This document shows, in pieces, positions 45,566 through 59,297 of a DNA stretch of 64,000 bases. The notes beneath the pieces are model-generated. The model did no database searches, was not told where the DNA came from, and saw only the letters and a program-made list of their open reading frames with translations. The position numbers and the translations under genes are program-made. The stretch is taken from assembly GCA_965153355.1 (NCBI GenBank), contig OZ231126.1:40796001-40860000 (forward strand), written 5' to 3'. The first letter of the stretch is position 1. Each line of letters begins with the position of its first letter. The stretch is from Flaccisagitta enflata. Taxonomy: Eukaryota.

Positions 45566-46363
45566 GTGCCTACTTTTGAGGGGCCCTCCCATTCTCTCAG
45601 GACCTCCTCTTTCTTAGGTGTGGGGCTGACCCCTCCGGCTGGCCCCAGCTCCTGAAAGCGCCTTCACTTGGCCGGGAGCCTATCGGCATATCGGAACAGG
45701 GACAAAGTAGTTACCGGCAATCAGGGGATGCCGAGGTGGAAGTTTAGCAGTCTGGTAGTCCGCTTTGCATGTCGGCGCATCTGCCCATATTCCGCCTTGC
45801 TTCCTATTGCTTTTCTCGTCATGTATTTTGTGTCCCCACATCACCTATAGCTTCACCATCCTGCCTTACTGCCTTCCGCTTTGTTTCTAGCACGACCGTC
45901 CGTCTAACAAACTAAAATGAGGTAGCATCTTCGGGTGCAAACAAGGGCTAAGCCGGTTGGCGAATCGTCTGGAGCTAAGCCGGTTGAAACATCATACCTT
46001 ACTGCCTTTCCTACATTTTTTCTCGGCAAACAAGCAGCGATGCAACAAAAATGAGTATCCGTTTCTTTTTTACTTCATGGTCGATATATCAGTTTGAAAC
46101 GGAAACACAATCTTTGAAAACATTTCTTTCACTAGTGCATTCATAATGGTCCTTACAAAAAGCTTGGGTCTCAAAAGAGATCAACTTTAATGAAATGACG
46201 ATTGCATCATTTCTTTCTTTTCACAAACTGTCATAGTCTTTTTGGATGGGAAAAGGCCTGGCAGCGAAAACTCCCAAGCCAGATGACATTATCTTTTTCA
46301 AATGATCTAATGCTTAGTAGCCTGAGAACTTCCAAGCCAGATGACAATTGTTTTTTCAACGAT

Positions 46364-46480
46364 TTATTGCTTGGCAGCGAGAGCTTCCAAGTTGGCGATG
46401 CAAGCATTCAAATTTTCTTCTTCTTGTTCGGCGGAGATGCTTGAAAGAACGTTACGCACGATCCAGTCAACCATGTGCTC
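46364..46480 (-). CDS. ATP5PB: ATP synthase subunit b terminal exon (EHMVDWIVRNVLSSISAEQEEENLNACIANLEALAAKQ*)
   Basis: Conserved HMVxWI...I...QE...CI..L C-terminus. Acceptor tttttctcag, TAA at 46364-46366, with AATAAA overlapping the stop. Confidence 0.95.
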   Translation of the reverse strand, partial: EHMVDWIVRNVLSSISAEQEEENLNACIANLEALAAKQ

Positions 46481-46786
46481 CTGAGAAAAAGATGAAAAGT
46501 AATGACTATGTTAAATAATGAAATATTCATATGCTTTTGAGGACGTCATATCGCATGCGTGTCTCCTAGATGAAGTGCACTGGCGTGCGATTCGATTAGC
46601 TTCATACCAGTCGACCGGAATATAAAATGTATTAACATCAGACTATGAACAAATGGCTTAGAAAACAAACGACGATAAAAATACTTATTTATGGAAGGTT
46701 ATACATAACATTGTGACAGGATAGCAAACGACAAAGCTACCATTGTTTCACGCATTGAGCAAAAGCCATCCTACAAGCCATCCTAC

Positions 46787-46969
46787 CTGCTCGATGCGTC
46801 TTTTGGTGGTGGCCATGGCAGCGGCGTAGTCTAGTCTTCTCTTGACTTCGGCGTGGACGTGAGCGAGACGCTTCCGGAATTCAGCCTCCAATTGAAGCTC
46901 CACATTCTCTTTCAACGCAGGGCCCAACTGCTCCGCGATTCCCTCCATCTGCCACGCCAACTCAGAGTC
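46787..46969 (-). CDS. ATP5PB: ATP synthase subunit b exon (DSELAWQ...KENVELQLEAEFRKRLAHVHAEVKRRLDY...RRIEQ)
   Basis: Conserved KENVxLQLEAxxRxRL and EVKRRLDY motifs. Acceptor cctcttcag, donor CAG|gtagga, 183 nt, phase 0-0. Confidence 0.96.
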
Positions 46970-47466
46970 CTGAAGAGGGGAGAATGGAAGTGGGGGTGAC
47001 GGGAAAGTGGAAGGAGGGGAGGAGAGTGGCGAGGGGGGAAGTGAAGGGGAGGGGGGGGGCGGGGGGGGCAGTGGAGGCAAGGGGAAGGAGAGGGAGAAGG
47101 GGAAGAGGAGGAAAGGGGAAGAGGGGAAGAGGGGAAGAGGAGGAAAGGAAAAGAAGAGGGACGCGGAAGAGGACGGAAGAGGAAGAGGAACGAAGAGGGG
47201 AAGGGGAAGAGGAGGAAAGGAAAAGTAGAGGGTAGAGGAAGAAAGGAGAAGAGGAGGGGGAATGGAATCATGAGAATTTGGGCGTAGTTTACCTTAATTA
47301 ATAATCTCTCCTCAGCCGGCTAAAAGTAAAAACCCATCAACTCCACTCCCTGCCAAATGACCGAACATACATCATACTTTCGACTCCCACAGATTTCTAC
47401 CCTATCGAAAAAACTACGTGAAAATGAAACTCATTCACAATTACGGGCCTAGACTCGAAATCCTAC

Positions 47467-47573
47467 CTTCTCCATCTCGAGCTCCAAGTGTTTGACGGCG
47501 TGCGTTCTCATCAACTCCCACTGCTCCATGTCCTTGAGCGCCATCTCACCAGTCTTGGTCTTCATTTTTCCAC
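47467..47573 (-). CDS. ATP5PB: ATP synthase subunit b exon (GKMKTKTGEMALKDMEQWELMRTHAVKHLELEMEK)
   Basis: Acceptor ctcccaaccag, donor AAG|gtagga, 107 nt, phase 1-0, restoring the frame exactly. Helical stalk composition. Confidence 0.9.
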
Positions 47574-47776
47574 CTGGTTGGGAGAAGTCAACGAAAATTG
47601 GTCCAAAGAGCTTTGAAATGGCATAACACGCGCAAATACACGCAGTACACGCGCAAATACACGCAATACAAGTGCAAATCTCGTATGAGTCCTATATCCA
47701 CTTTTCTTCGTTCGTATCGCTCGTATGTATGCGATTACAATTGCAAATCAACGTTGTTTAACAATGCCCAACTCAC

Positions 47777-47858
47777 CAATGGCTTCCGATTTGTACATGC
47801 AATAGATGAGGAACGCGAGGGAAGCACCGTTGATGACCTGATGCTCCATGGGAATGAC
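47777..47858 (-). CDS. ATP5PB: ATP synthase subunit b exon ([28 protein letters not shown]; transmembrane segment)
   Basis: Acceptor ctcctctcag, donor G|gtgagt, 82 nt, phase 0-1. Continues the frame and matches the 'SKE-xxxxEH' region plus the hydrophobic helix. Confidence 0.93.
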
Positions 47859-48070
47859 CTGAGAGGAGGAGAAAAGCATGAATGAAACAGACAAATAACA
47901 TATCCAACAACAGAACCAAACCATTGCCATCTAGTGTGACAAATTACAAACTTTTTCAGGACTTCCTTTCGACAAGGAGACAAACAAGCTCGAGTTCTAA
48001 CTGATGAGACAAAAGCGCCACAGATGAACAAACCAACGACCCAATCAATAGAAACCACTCGAGTTCTTAC

Positions 48071-48310
48071 CTCTTTCGAGAGCGCGTACACGGCGGCGCC
48101 TCCGAGGAGACAGTAGGGTCCGGTGACGCCGGTTTTGGGGTAGAAAGCCTCGAAGACTTCCTCGGGGATCATGCCCATCCTCACTTTGCCGGCTTCCATC
48201 GGACGCTCGGGCAAAGGGTAGTTCTTCAAGTCGCGCTCGGGAGCCTCCCAAGAAGGGTTGTATCCGTACTTCTCGGCATCGGACGACGAGGTTTGGAACA
48301 GGCGAGGAAG
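48071..48310 (-). CDS. ATP5PB: ATP synthase Fo subunit b, mitochondrial: first identified coding exon (LPRLFQTSS...[42 protein letters not shown]...LSKE)
   Basis: Translation has the subunit-b signature [26 protein letters not shown]...SKE. Acceptor cctatctcag, donor GAG|gtaaga, 240 nt, phase 0-0. Confidence 0.96.
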
Positions 48311-48437
48311 CTGAGATAGGAAAGGGGAGTCAACGGGTTGGTCAATTTTGGGGGGGGGGGGGGGGGGAGAAGGGGGTGGTGAGACGACGTGAGTTACGGG
48401 AAATGACATGAAAAAGAGAATTAGGGAGGGAGGGGAG

Positions 48438-48533
<96 letters not shown>

Positions 48534-48861
48534 AGAGAGAGAGAGACAGAGACTCTCTCTCTCTCTCTCTCTCTGTTTCTCTCTCTTGGACATCAGGGGA
48601 ACTCTTGCATTAACCCCTCTTTTACCCTTTCTACCCTTGTCGTTCTTGACAAATGCTCTGTAACATCTTTGCTTTTTCTTTGTCTTTTTTCAAACTTCTG
48701 TCTGTCTTGCAGTGCGTCTATCGGTTCCTATCAATTTGTCTGACTATTTGTCTGACTATTTTGACTTCTGAGTTTTGTAATGTTCTATTTGTTCGTCTGT
48801 CTGTTCCACAATCGCTCTGCGTATGTGTGGTGTGTTCAACACCTAGTATACATTTGTATAC

Positions 48862-48903
<42 letters not shown>

Positions 48904-49059
48904 TTGTCTGTTTGAGAGTGTTTCACTTTTTGTTTTCTGAGCTTTTTAGATGCGTCCTCGCATCTCTGCAGGAGGGTCTGTCCCTTGGTAGAATGTCTGT
49001 CTGTCTGAATGTCCGCCCGTAACGCGAAAATTTCAAAACACGATTTTCAAGGTTTTCTC

Positions 49060-49530
49060 TTCATTTCTCTTCATGTTTCTTCTTGTCTCTTATATTTCTT
49101 TTGTCTCTTTCATCTCTTTCGTCTCTTTTGTCTCTTTTGTCACCCTTTTGTTCTCATGAGTCTCTTATGTTTCATGTCCTCATATGTCTCTTTATCAAGT
49201 TTATTTTGTCTCTTATTTCTCTTATGTCTCTTATGTCTCTTATGTCTCTTATATCTCTTATGTCTCCTATGTCTCTTATGTCTCTTATGTCTCTTTTGTC
49301 TCTTTTGTTTCTTTTGTCTCTTTTGTCTTCTTCATGTCTCTTATGTCTCTTACGTCTCTTATATCTCTTACTTCTCTTATGTCTCGTATATCTCTTTTAT
49401 CTCTTATGTCTCTTATCTCTCTTATGTCTCTTCATGTCTCTATTTGTCTCTGATGTCTCCTCATGTTTCCTCATGTCTCTTCATGTCTCTCCATATCTCT
49501 CCATGTCTCTCCAAGTCCCTTCATGTCTGA
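49060..49530. repeat. 9-bp minisatellite (TATGTCTCT)n, degenerate
   Basis: Directly visible. Confidence 0.9.
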
Positions 49531-49961
49531 CGGTGAGAATGAGGCAAAGGCGAAGGGGGTGGGGAGGCGGAGGCGGGGAGGTTGGGGAGGGGCAGAGGCG
49601 GTGAGGGGCATGGGGAGAGAGAGGAATTTGTTTATATCTTTCTTTTTTCTGAACCTTATTTTTCATATTATTATATCTTAATATCTTAATAAATTGTATG
49701 ATAATATCTTACGTCTAAAGAGGACGCATCTATTGGACATCTCTTGGCCTTGTTATCTTGTCAGGAGAGAGGAATAGAAAGAAGGGAGGCAGATTCCGAC
49801 CAGGAATCCATCGGAAATAAATTTGCGATTGTCGACCGAACGTTGCTCTTTTATCCGTATCGATGGTGGCTATTCAGTGTGAATACCTGGTCTTCTGCTT
49901 GTTCAAGTGGCGGATGAATCCTAGTTACGTGGACATTGTGATCCCAAAGTGTGGATCTTAC

Positions 49962-50081
49962 CGCTTGCTCGTGGGGCCGATGCCCAGCGCTTGTACGGCC
50001 GTCACGGCCTGGAATCGTGGCCGGTTTCGCTGCGCATGCGCTCTCCAGCCCCAACTTCCGGTCTCTGTCGTCTGTCGCCAT
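49962..50081 (-). CDS. Candidate first coding exon of ATP5PB (MATDDRDRK...PHEQA, 40 aa), uncertain
   Basis: ATG in aaATGgcg context and donor GCG|gtaaga in phase 0, compatible with the 48310 acceptor. The peptide is acidic and does not look like a mitochondrial presequence. Confidence 0.25.
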
Positions 50082-50083
50082 TT
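50031..50083. promoter_or_regulatory. Clustered NRF-1-like, ETS/GABP-like and YY1-like motifs in a CpG-rich patch upstream of ATP5PB
   Basis: TGCGCATGCGC (50031-50041), ACTTCCGG (50054-50061), CGCCATTT (50076-50083). This trio is typical of nuclear OXPHOS gene promoters in vertebrates; function here is inferred. Confidence 0.45.
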
Positions 50084-50230
50084 CACCGAGCTGAGCTTCT
50101 AGCTTCTGTGGCTTGTCTTATCATCGCTGCCAATCCAATTCCGAATATCATTACCATTATCATCCATCATAGAATCTCGCCCATTTCTGCGGCTGACACT
50201 TGTCTCTCCGTTTGGTTCTATTGCCATGTT

Positions 50231-50294
<64 letters not shown>

Positions 50295-50432
50295 TGTTTG
50301 TGTTTGTGTTTGTGCTTGTGTGTGTGTGTGTGTGTGTGTGTGCATAGTGTGTGTGCATCTACCTATACCTATATTTCCAGTTCATCTTTCTGACCTCTGC
50401 TTGTCTCTCTTGTCCCTTGCCCTTGTCTCCTG

Positions 50433-50509
<77 letters not shown>

Positions 50510-51316
50510 GTTCAATAGATTCACGGCTGGATGAAGCAGTTCAATGAAGCGGAAATGGAAACGATTCCAATTGGCCTTTAAAAGGACCTCAGTTGAAATT
50601 AGCGAAGCGTGCACTTTTCCCGCCCCAACGACTTGGCTGGTCATTCGCGTCCGATCGTTAACGACCGATTCGCGGGTTATCGTTCGCGGCCGTTGTAAGG
50701 TGCTTGCGTTTGTTGCGCAGCTGAGGTCATGATCAAGTCATATGACTCTTTTGCTGACCAGCGCAATTTTTCTCTCTCTCCGTGATTTGAACGTTTTAAC
50801 GCAATTCGCGAGGAAGGAATTACGATTATATAACTCTTCCTCCCCTACAATCTTCCCATATGTAATTAACTAATTATGTTATTTATGTAAACCTTGCATG
50901 ATAATGTATTTTTTATAGAGCAGAAAATCAAACTATTCTTCGACCGGTTGGGGATGAATATCAAAGACCAAGTAACAAACAAGTGACGCGGGGTCACAAT
51001 ATCGGAGCGGACGGTTGGGCAGGGGCATGCAACCCCCATCCATACCTTCCCTCACCTCAGGCTCACTCGAACGCACATACAATCACAACTGCAGCATCAA
51101 AAATGCGCGTTTTCACACTTTTCGACTCGATCATCACAGACCAACGGAATGAAAGAAAGAAAGAAAGAAAGAATGAATGAATGAATGAATGAATGAATGA
51201 ATGAATGAAAGAATGAACGAATGAGTGAAAGAATAAATGAATGAATGAATGAATGAATTATGAATGAATGAATGAATGAATTATGAATGAATGAATGAAT
51301 GAATGAATGAATGAAT

Positions 51317-51347
<31 letters not shown>

Positions 51348-51564
51348 TGACAGAAACGGAGAAACATAGAAAGGAAAGCAGGAAAGAAAGAAAGAAAGCA
51401 TTGAAAAGAACAAAGAAAGAAATTTCGTCAAGGCAGCGTGGCCCATCTGGGAGTAAAGACGCAAAAATAGAACTTGAGTTTGCCAAGCTTTTCAATGAAG
51501 GTGAAAATCGTTACGCCCCCTGGCCCTGGCATTGATCGCCAAAGAAACAAATTGCAGACCCAGT

Positions 51565-51664
<100 letters not shown>

Positions 51665-54600
51665 AGAGGAGAGAGAGCTGCGGTCATGTCCGTCAGTCTG
51701 GCTGTCGGTTTTCGCGACAGTCGACCTTGATTCTGATTGAAGGTTGCGTCATGGCGAGTGTCATCGTTATCGTTAATGATACATCGTTATCGATAAAGAT
51801 TTGATTCAAAATCAACCAAACCCATGCCAAACCTCTTTCTCCCTCCGCCCACCCCCCACCCTCATCATTGCAAGTTGCTTACTAACACGAAAGCGCAACG
51901 GAAATTAATTTTACCGATTTCCTCTTGCAGCGCGGTCCTTTTTACGCAACTCTACAAGAGGTTTGTCCGTCCGTTGGTCCGTCCGTTGGTTCGTCCGTCG
52001 GTCCGTCCCTCGGCCCGTCGGTCCGTGAGCACGAGTCGAAAAGTGGGAAAACGCGCATATCCGCCCCTGCCCACCTGTCCGCAACTGGTGGCCATGTATC
52101 CGGCCTTGTCTTTGGAGAAAGGAGCAGCTTCGGCAGGCTTGCAGACTTCAAAGATAGAAGATAAGGAAAGAAGAAAGAAAAAGAAAAAGAAAAAGAAAAA
52201 GAAAGAAAAAGAAAAAGAAAAAGAAAAAAGAAAAAAGAAAAAAGAAGAAAGAAGAAAGAAGAAAGAAGAAAGAAAGAGAAGATCAAGATGGAAATGATGG
52301 TAATTGCAGTCAGCATAAATATCATTTGCATATTGTAAAACATATCAACATCATCACGCATTTCATGTAGCCACCCGCCATAAAGTGCATATTGACGAAT
52401 TAAATCTAAAAAAAAACATCCACTCCTTGGAGATATCATGGCCAATCTTGCTAGCACGAGTAATTGCGCTTGCATGTTATGATGAAGAAGTGCCAGCGTC
52501 GCCTGAGCTTGGTGGGAATTTGCCGGTAGCTGCAAGGCAAAGTCAACGTTTTGCGTTAAGGCAGCTGAATCTGCGGTGAAACGGCAGCCCTGTTTATTAT
52601 CTGATGACCCTCATCCTCAGGTCGGCAGCGTTCAGGGAAAAATTTTTGCTTGTCGGCAGAAAAGAACAATCAAGAGGCCTGCTGGTGGCCGTGTATCCGG
52701 CCTTGATTTCCCATTTCGTCCCTTTTTCGTGTAAATCAACATGAAGGTGGCCCTACTCAGTTGTCACAAGTTTTATGCTAACTTGCCATGATAATATACG
52801 ATTGATACAAGGGGAGTGACAGCAGAGAAACAATTTTTGAAACCAGTTACAGACAGTACTTGACGGTTAATTCCGCGCATCGGGGTCTGCCCAAAAAACC
52901 CTGACTCTCCACCATTGTAGAAGTATCAACGCTTCTGCTGCTGCATTAAGTAAGGTCACAAAAGCCACGTGACATACCCAATTATCTGTTATGCCATACC
53001 AAACCACTTTTTGCTCCTCCAACTGTCCCTATGGGGTCCAAAACAGGGGTAGAAGGACCTTTTTTGCCTGTCCTGATTTTGTCCTCACAAAAAGCTATTA
53101 AGCAATCAAAAATGTCAAGCAGAGTCATCCTACAGCTTGTAAGCCATCCCTATCTATCCATTGATATGTGCAAAAAATTTTAACCACAACTTCCAACTGT
53201 AAGACAATAAAAATGATCAAATTATACATTTCTTCCTTTCATTTTTCTAAGGTTATTTTTCTCAAAACAGATAAGTTGGACAGTTTTTTTTGTGTTTCCA
53301 TGATTGTTCAAACATTAAGCATTTTTTTCTTTTGTCATTGCATTAACAACTAACTAGTTGAACGACATTTCCAAATTTCTGGTTAGATTTTTTCCATTTT
53401 GGCTTTGGGGAAATCAAGATTCCTCAGAGTTACAATTCAGAGGTGCTCTTGTTGGTGGTGTCACACTTGTGTCACACTATGATTCATACTCTGTCAAGGC
53501 ATAGTAACATGATTAACGGAAAATTCATCAACATGATGAGGAAGATGGTGAAATTCTGTACCTACACCTAAAATTTCAAGTCTTAACTCTAATTCATTTG
53601 GTCATAGTGAAATTATAAAGCTGATCAGTGTTGAAATAGGGAGTGAATTGTAACGCTCGCCGATGAAGCCTCGTAGTTAATTCTTTGTTTCCACACAGCG
53701 CTTCTCGGCTGTGCTGCGCGATGCTTTTGTGGCCTCAATTTAGCACTTAAAATTCAAATTGATGGTCCCAAAAAAACTATTTGGAGCTAGCCTGGCGACG
53801 AAATTTTGCATGGTTGTTACCTAGATCAAGAGGGTTCTTCTACCCATATTCTGTGTGTGTCTTAGTGAATGCTGAGGAGTCCAGACAGACTAAATCCAAC
53901 CTACCAGAAAAAAAAAATTGAAAAAATGGCAGCACCTTTGAAATAATTGTCCGACCTGGTTGAAATTTTGAAAGAAGCTTCCGTTAAAGATGCTCTACCG
54001 GTATGAATGGAGCTTGGCAAAAATTTTTTCCTCATCAACCTACCCAGCCAAATGGTACTTTAAAGAGATTTTGAAAAACCCAAAATTTTTAAAAATTAGA
54101 ACATGATCGTATATGATTGCTTTTTGCAACACATATTCATCAAGTAAATTTATCATATTGATTTCTTCATTGTTTTTAACTAAATTTATTATTAGTATGT
54201 TTGCAAAAACATGTAATTAGCCCTAATTAGTATGAAAATGAGCTCATAAGAAAATCCAAGTATCAATTCATACATGATATAAGGCTAGCTACATGATGAT
54301 GTATGGTTTTGTTCAATTTTCAACATTTTAAAATTGATGGATTTCACTCCGTCCACGGACCCTTTTCCAGTTGACACTAACCTGAAGCCTCCCATCACAT
54401 ATATTTGAGAAAAAAAATTAAACCCTCCTCTGTATGCTCAAAGTTTAGAGAATTTGTAGCATTTTCTATGGATTCTCAGGTGTGTTTTAAATGTTTCTAC
54501 CTAAGACGGCAAATGTTTGAAGGAAAATGTAGTGTTTCCCCATACTTTTTGCATCATTATCAGGACAAGAATTAAGCTGGAATGCTTTTAGTGGACAAAT

Positions 54601-55346
54601 TGTCTCTAAAGACACTTGTTGAATACATATTTATCATATTCAGATTCAAAATGTGATTTCAACTATGCGTTTCACATGAATACAAGCGGGAAAATGATGT
54701 TTTTAGTCGCGGACAAGCGACTCTATAAGAGGCTTTGTCCGTCCGTTGGTCCGTCGGTCCTGTTTGGTCCGTCGGTGAGCACGCATTTAAAAGTGGAAAC
54801 GTCATTCTGCCCCCTGCCCACCCATCCACGACTGGCATTGGCCATGCATCCGGCCTTGTTAAGTGAATTTCTGCTTACACTTTTTTTTCATTTTCTGAGG
54901 TCTAAATTTTAAGAAAGCTAAACACAGGAAAATTTCGCATTTTGAAAAATATAGTTCTCTGTAATTGATTTGGAAGAGAACTAGTTTTATTTTTCATTTT
55001 ATTGTTCTTGGCAAATTTAGAATTTAGACCAGCCCCCTGCCAGCACCAAAACAAAATAAGTAAAAACTTTTCACAACAAGGCCGTCAGATTTATCCAGGT
55101 TTGTCATTTAGTGACTTTCGGCAATAAACGGCGATAATTAAGAAGACTCCTGATTGACGTCAGCCGATACCAGGGGTTCATATTTTTAAAGAAGCGGGAA
55201 GCGCCGCTTCTCGGAAGGTGAAGGAATGTCGGAAGAACTTGACAGAGGGAAGGAGGAAAGAGAGAATAAAAGAAAAGAGAGGAGAAAAGGGAGAGAGAAA
55301 GAAAGAAAATAAGAAAGAAAGAAAGAAAGAAAGAAATAAAGAAAAA

Positions 55347-55393
<47 letters not shown>

Positions 55394-56709
55394 GAAAAAA
55401 GAAAGGAGGAAGGAAAGGGAGAGAGATGAGAATATAAATCGCAAGGGTCATCATTTTCATTGGACATTGTGAAGGGATATCCAAACAACAAGAAAACAGA
55501 GCTCTGTACCAATTCCAATACATGCAGTTTTACCCCACTAGGTACCATGTGCAAACTAGAATTCGCTAATGTTATATAGTAATCATTCAGAACACCTAGC
55601 AAGTCAAGATCTTTTCAGTCACTGGACCTGTTACAGCATAATAGCTTTGCTGTCCCGGGACTTCAAGCCGACTAACAACCATTTCGCCGCGTTTCAGCAA
55701 CGCATCATTTCATTTAAAGGAGATTCTTTCAGAATCTATATCATCAATATAAACCTTACTAGCGGAAGGCTACATGAACTTCATGACAAAATGCATAACA
55801 TTTACATGTGCATAAGGTTTTTTTTTTTCATTCACAATACAAAGAAATTAGTTTAAGTTACAGTTTCAACTCTAATTGACAGTGGCCCCAAAATCAACAA
55901 AATTACAATGGACTCAATACCTCAAAATGCATTATGTGCAAATGATGTCATTGCTGGGATTCTAAACTTCTTGATTCCCCAAGGTTTCTCTGTTTTATTT
56001 TTTCACTTTTTCTTCTTCTTCTTCTTCTTCTCTTTCTTCTTTTAATTTTCTCATTTCTCGACCTGACTATACTTTGGTCCCATAAGCGGCGCTTGTCAAT
56101 CAGAATCATCGACTGTGATATCAAAGTCGGAAATTAAGGGAAAAATTTTGCTCTTTGGAAGATTTCTGCTGGCACATAACGCCTGTGCAACGCGTAAACG
56201 CCTACAATGCAAAACCACGGACTGACGACCAAATGACTGACCGACTGAGAGAGTTGGCTTAGAGGTCGTAGACAAGGACTAAAATATCTTTGTAAGATTT
56301 CAAATAAACTTTCATCCTATTAAGCAATAATGCAAATTTTTTCTTTTAAAATATTATATATCTGAGCTATCTCAATCACTTTTATTCACTTATTTTTGCA
56401 TTTTCATCTATACATTTTTCAATTTTAACTTTCTGAAATAACAAATGTTAAGCCTTTCGAGGACGCTGCCTATGTAATATGTACATTTTACTAAAAGTAA
56501 ACAAATATAAATATGTTTATCAAAACTCATTTTCGCACGGTAACTGTAAGGCTCTCAGATAAATTTAAATTTGTCCAATGGACAAGTTACTGATTCGCTA
56601 CCAAATTTAGCAATAGTACATATCACTTCTGAACCTGTCTGTGTCTAGTACCGAGTGTGGAATGTAGTTGATTTAGTAATGACTTAAAGTAATGACAATG
56701 ATAAGGAGC

Positions 56710-57365
56710 AAAAAAAAACAAAAATAAAAACAAACAAAAAAAAAAAATAAAAAAAAAAATAAAAACAAACAAAAACAAAAACAAAAACAAACATAAACAA
56801 AAACAAAAATAAAACTACAATAAACAACTATACTAATAATAACAATAAAAACATCAACAATAACAACAAAAACAATAAATAAATAAATAAATAATGACAA
56901 GGACAACGACATGACAAAAACAAAAAACAAAAACAACAACCACAAAAGAATAACTATACCTAATAACAATAACAAAAACAACAAAAACAACAACAACAAT
57001 GAATAAACAAATAACAACAACAAATAATAATAAATAACAATAACACATAACAATAAATATCAACAATAACAGCAAAATAACAACAACAACAACAACAACA
57101 ATAACAAAATAATAAATAACAACAATAACAAATAACAACGACAAGGACAATGACAAGGACAAAAAACAAAACAAAAACAATAAAATTGCTAACAACAACT
57201 ATGGCCCAATAGTTCAATAACAAAAACAACAACAAAAATAACAACAACAAACAACAATGGTCACAATAAATAACAAATAAATAATAATAGATAAATAAAT
57301 AAATAATAATAATAAATAGTCAATAATACCAACAAAGTCAATAAATAAATAGCAACAACAAATAA

Positions 57366-57401
<36 letters not shown>

Positions 57402-57738
57402 AAATAAAACAACAAACAATAATAATAATAAATAACAACAACAATGACAGATAAATGACAAGGACAAAATAAACAAAAAACAACAGAAAACTACAAATAC
57501 AATAACCATATACCAATAATAATAATAAAACAACAACAACATCAACAAATAACAACAACAACAACGACAACAACACAACAACAACAAACAAATAATAACA
57601 AATAAATAACAAATAATACAATAATAACAACAATAACAATAATAATAACAACAATCAACAACAATAACAGGAGGAAGTGGAGGAGGAAGTTGATTGGGAG
57701 AACGCGGCAGGACACGTGTCTGACAAACGAAAACAACG

Positions 57739-57793
<55 letters not shown>

Positions 57794-57904
57794 GGACAAC
57801 GACAAGGACAACGACGGCAAAAACAAAAACAACAACCACAACAACAACTATACCAATAACAATAACAACAACAACAACAACGACAACGACCACAACAACA
57901 AGTC

Positions 57905-57953
<49 letters not shown>

Positions 57954-58050
57954 TAACAACAATAACAAATAAATAACAACAATAAATAATAAATAACAAT
58001 AATAATAATAATAAATAATAAATAAATAACAACAACATAAATAAATACAA
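56710..58050. repeat. Degenerate (AAC/AAT)n low-complexity tract
   Basis: Directly visible; interrupted by a unique island of about 60 bp near 57668-57730. Confidence 0.9.
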
Positions 58051-58806
58051 CAACGTATCTCGCATCATTTTCAACGTTCGGCCTGCCTCCCCTTTTCTGT
58101 TTACTATACGTTTTCGTTTTTATTTCGCTCGGTGGTGACTCAATAACATTTCAGCCTATATTTTTTTCTGTCCTCGATTTGTTTCCATCGCTTTTGGGTT
58201 TTTGTGTTTGTCAACGGGACATCAGGACTCAGCTTTTATGCACCAGAGTCTGGCACACCAGAGTCTGGTGAAGATAAACACTGAAATAATGGATGCTTTA
58301 TTTCGCGAAAGTGAGTATAGACATCGTTTCGGACTCCCCGCGGTAGTTGTCATTACATTTTTACAGAAGATATTGTACACAAACCGTTCTCATCTCTCTC
58401 ACTATTTGTATGATTCATTGATCATTACCGAGAGAGATGAGCCATTGGGAAACAGAACCAAGTTTATGAACTGACACGACTGACTATGACTGACAGCCCA
58501 GCTAAAAGGCGTGATCGTTTCAAGGTGCCATTTAGTATTCGTCTAGTTCTTTCTACGTAATGGCCCATCATGGATAGGAATGATAGTAATATGGCGATGG
58601 TCGGTTGAAATAAGGAAGTCTCAACACTAGAGGGTCTAAGCGAAAGTCATCGTTTCGCTCTTAACATCTCATTCTTACTAACTATGTACAAGTTAAACAT
58701 GAGCGAGGCCATATAACTGCCATTAACAGTCCTTGCGCTCTTGGCTTTAGTTTATGGCTACAACTGAGCTGGGAAAGGCTGCGCGAACTATATTACTCTG
58801 TAGGAG

Positions 58807-58915
<109 letters not shown>

Positions 58916-59180
58916 GGAAGAAGACAGACCAACAGACGGACAGACAGACAGAGAGATAGAGACAGACAACGAATAATTGTTATGATATGAACTGACAGAC
59001 AGTCTGACAAGCAGTGCCAACTGCAAAGACGCCCACGAGAGAAGAATATTCTGGGTTTTGGATCGATAAAAGGTGAGCCAAAGTCAACTGAACTCTCTCT
59101 CTCTTTCTTTCTTTCTTTCTCTCTTTTTCCTTATTCATTCCTATCTATCCTTCTTTTTTTTCTGTCTGTCTTTCTTTCTG

Positions 59181-59297
<117 letters not shown>

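Noticed and set aside
48001..48060. CTGATGA...GAAA in an ATP5PB intron as a hammerhead
   Set aside because: No stem II or flanking stems can form; there is only a short CTCGAGTTCT direct repeat.
49853..49882. IRIDGGYSV* as a short-chain dehydrogenase C-terminus
   Set aside because: No upstream SDR similarity or acceptor site; probably chance.
49921..50184. Minus-strand frame with a hydrophobic leader and three in-frame TGA codons (recoding or selenoprotein)
   Set aside because: No homology or SECIS recognised, and ATP5PB and ENPP exons use TGG for Trp with the standard code.
55628..55706. Minus-strand peptide DALLKRGEMVVSRLEVPGQQSYYAVTG as the missing ENPP exon 2
   Set aside because: Lacks the FPSxxxPN catalytic motif, has an in-frame TGA just upstream, no acceptor and a poor donor.
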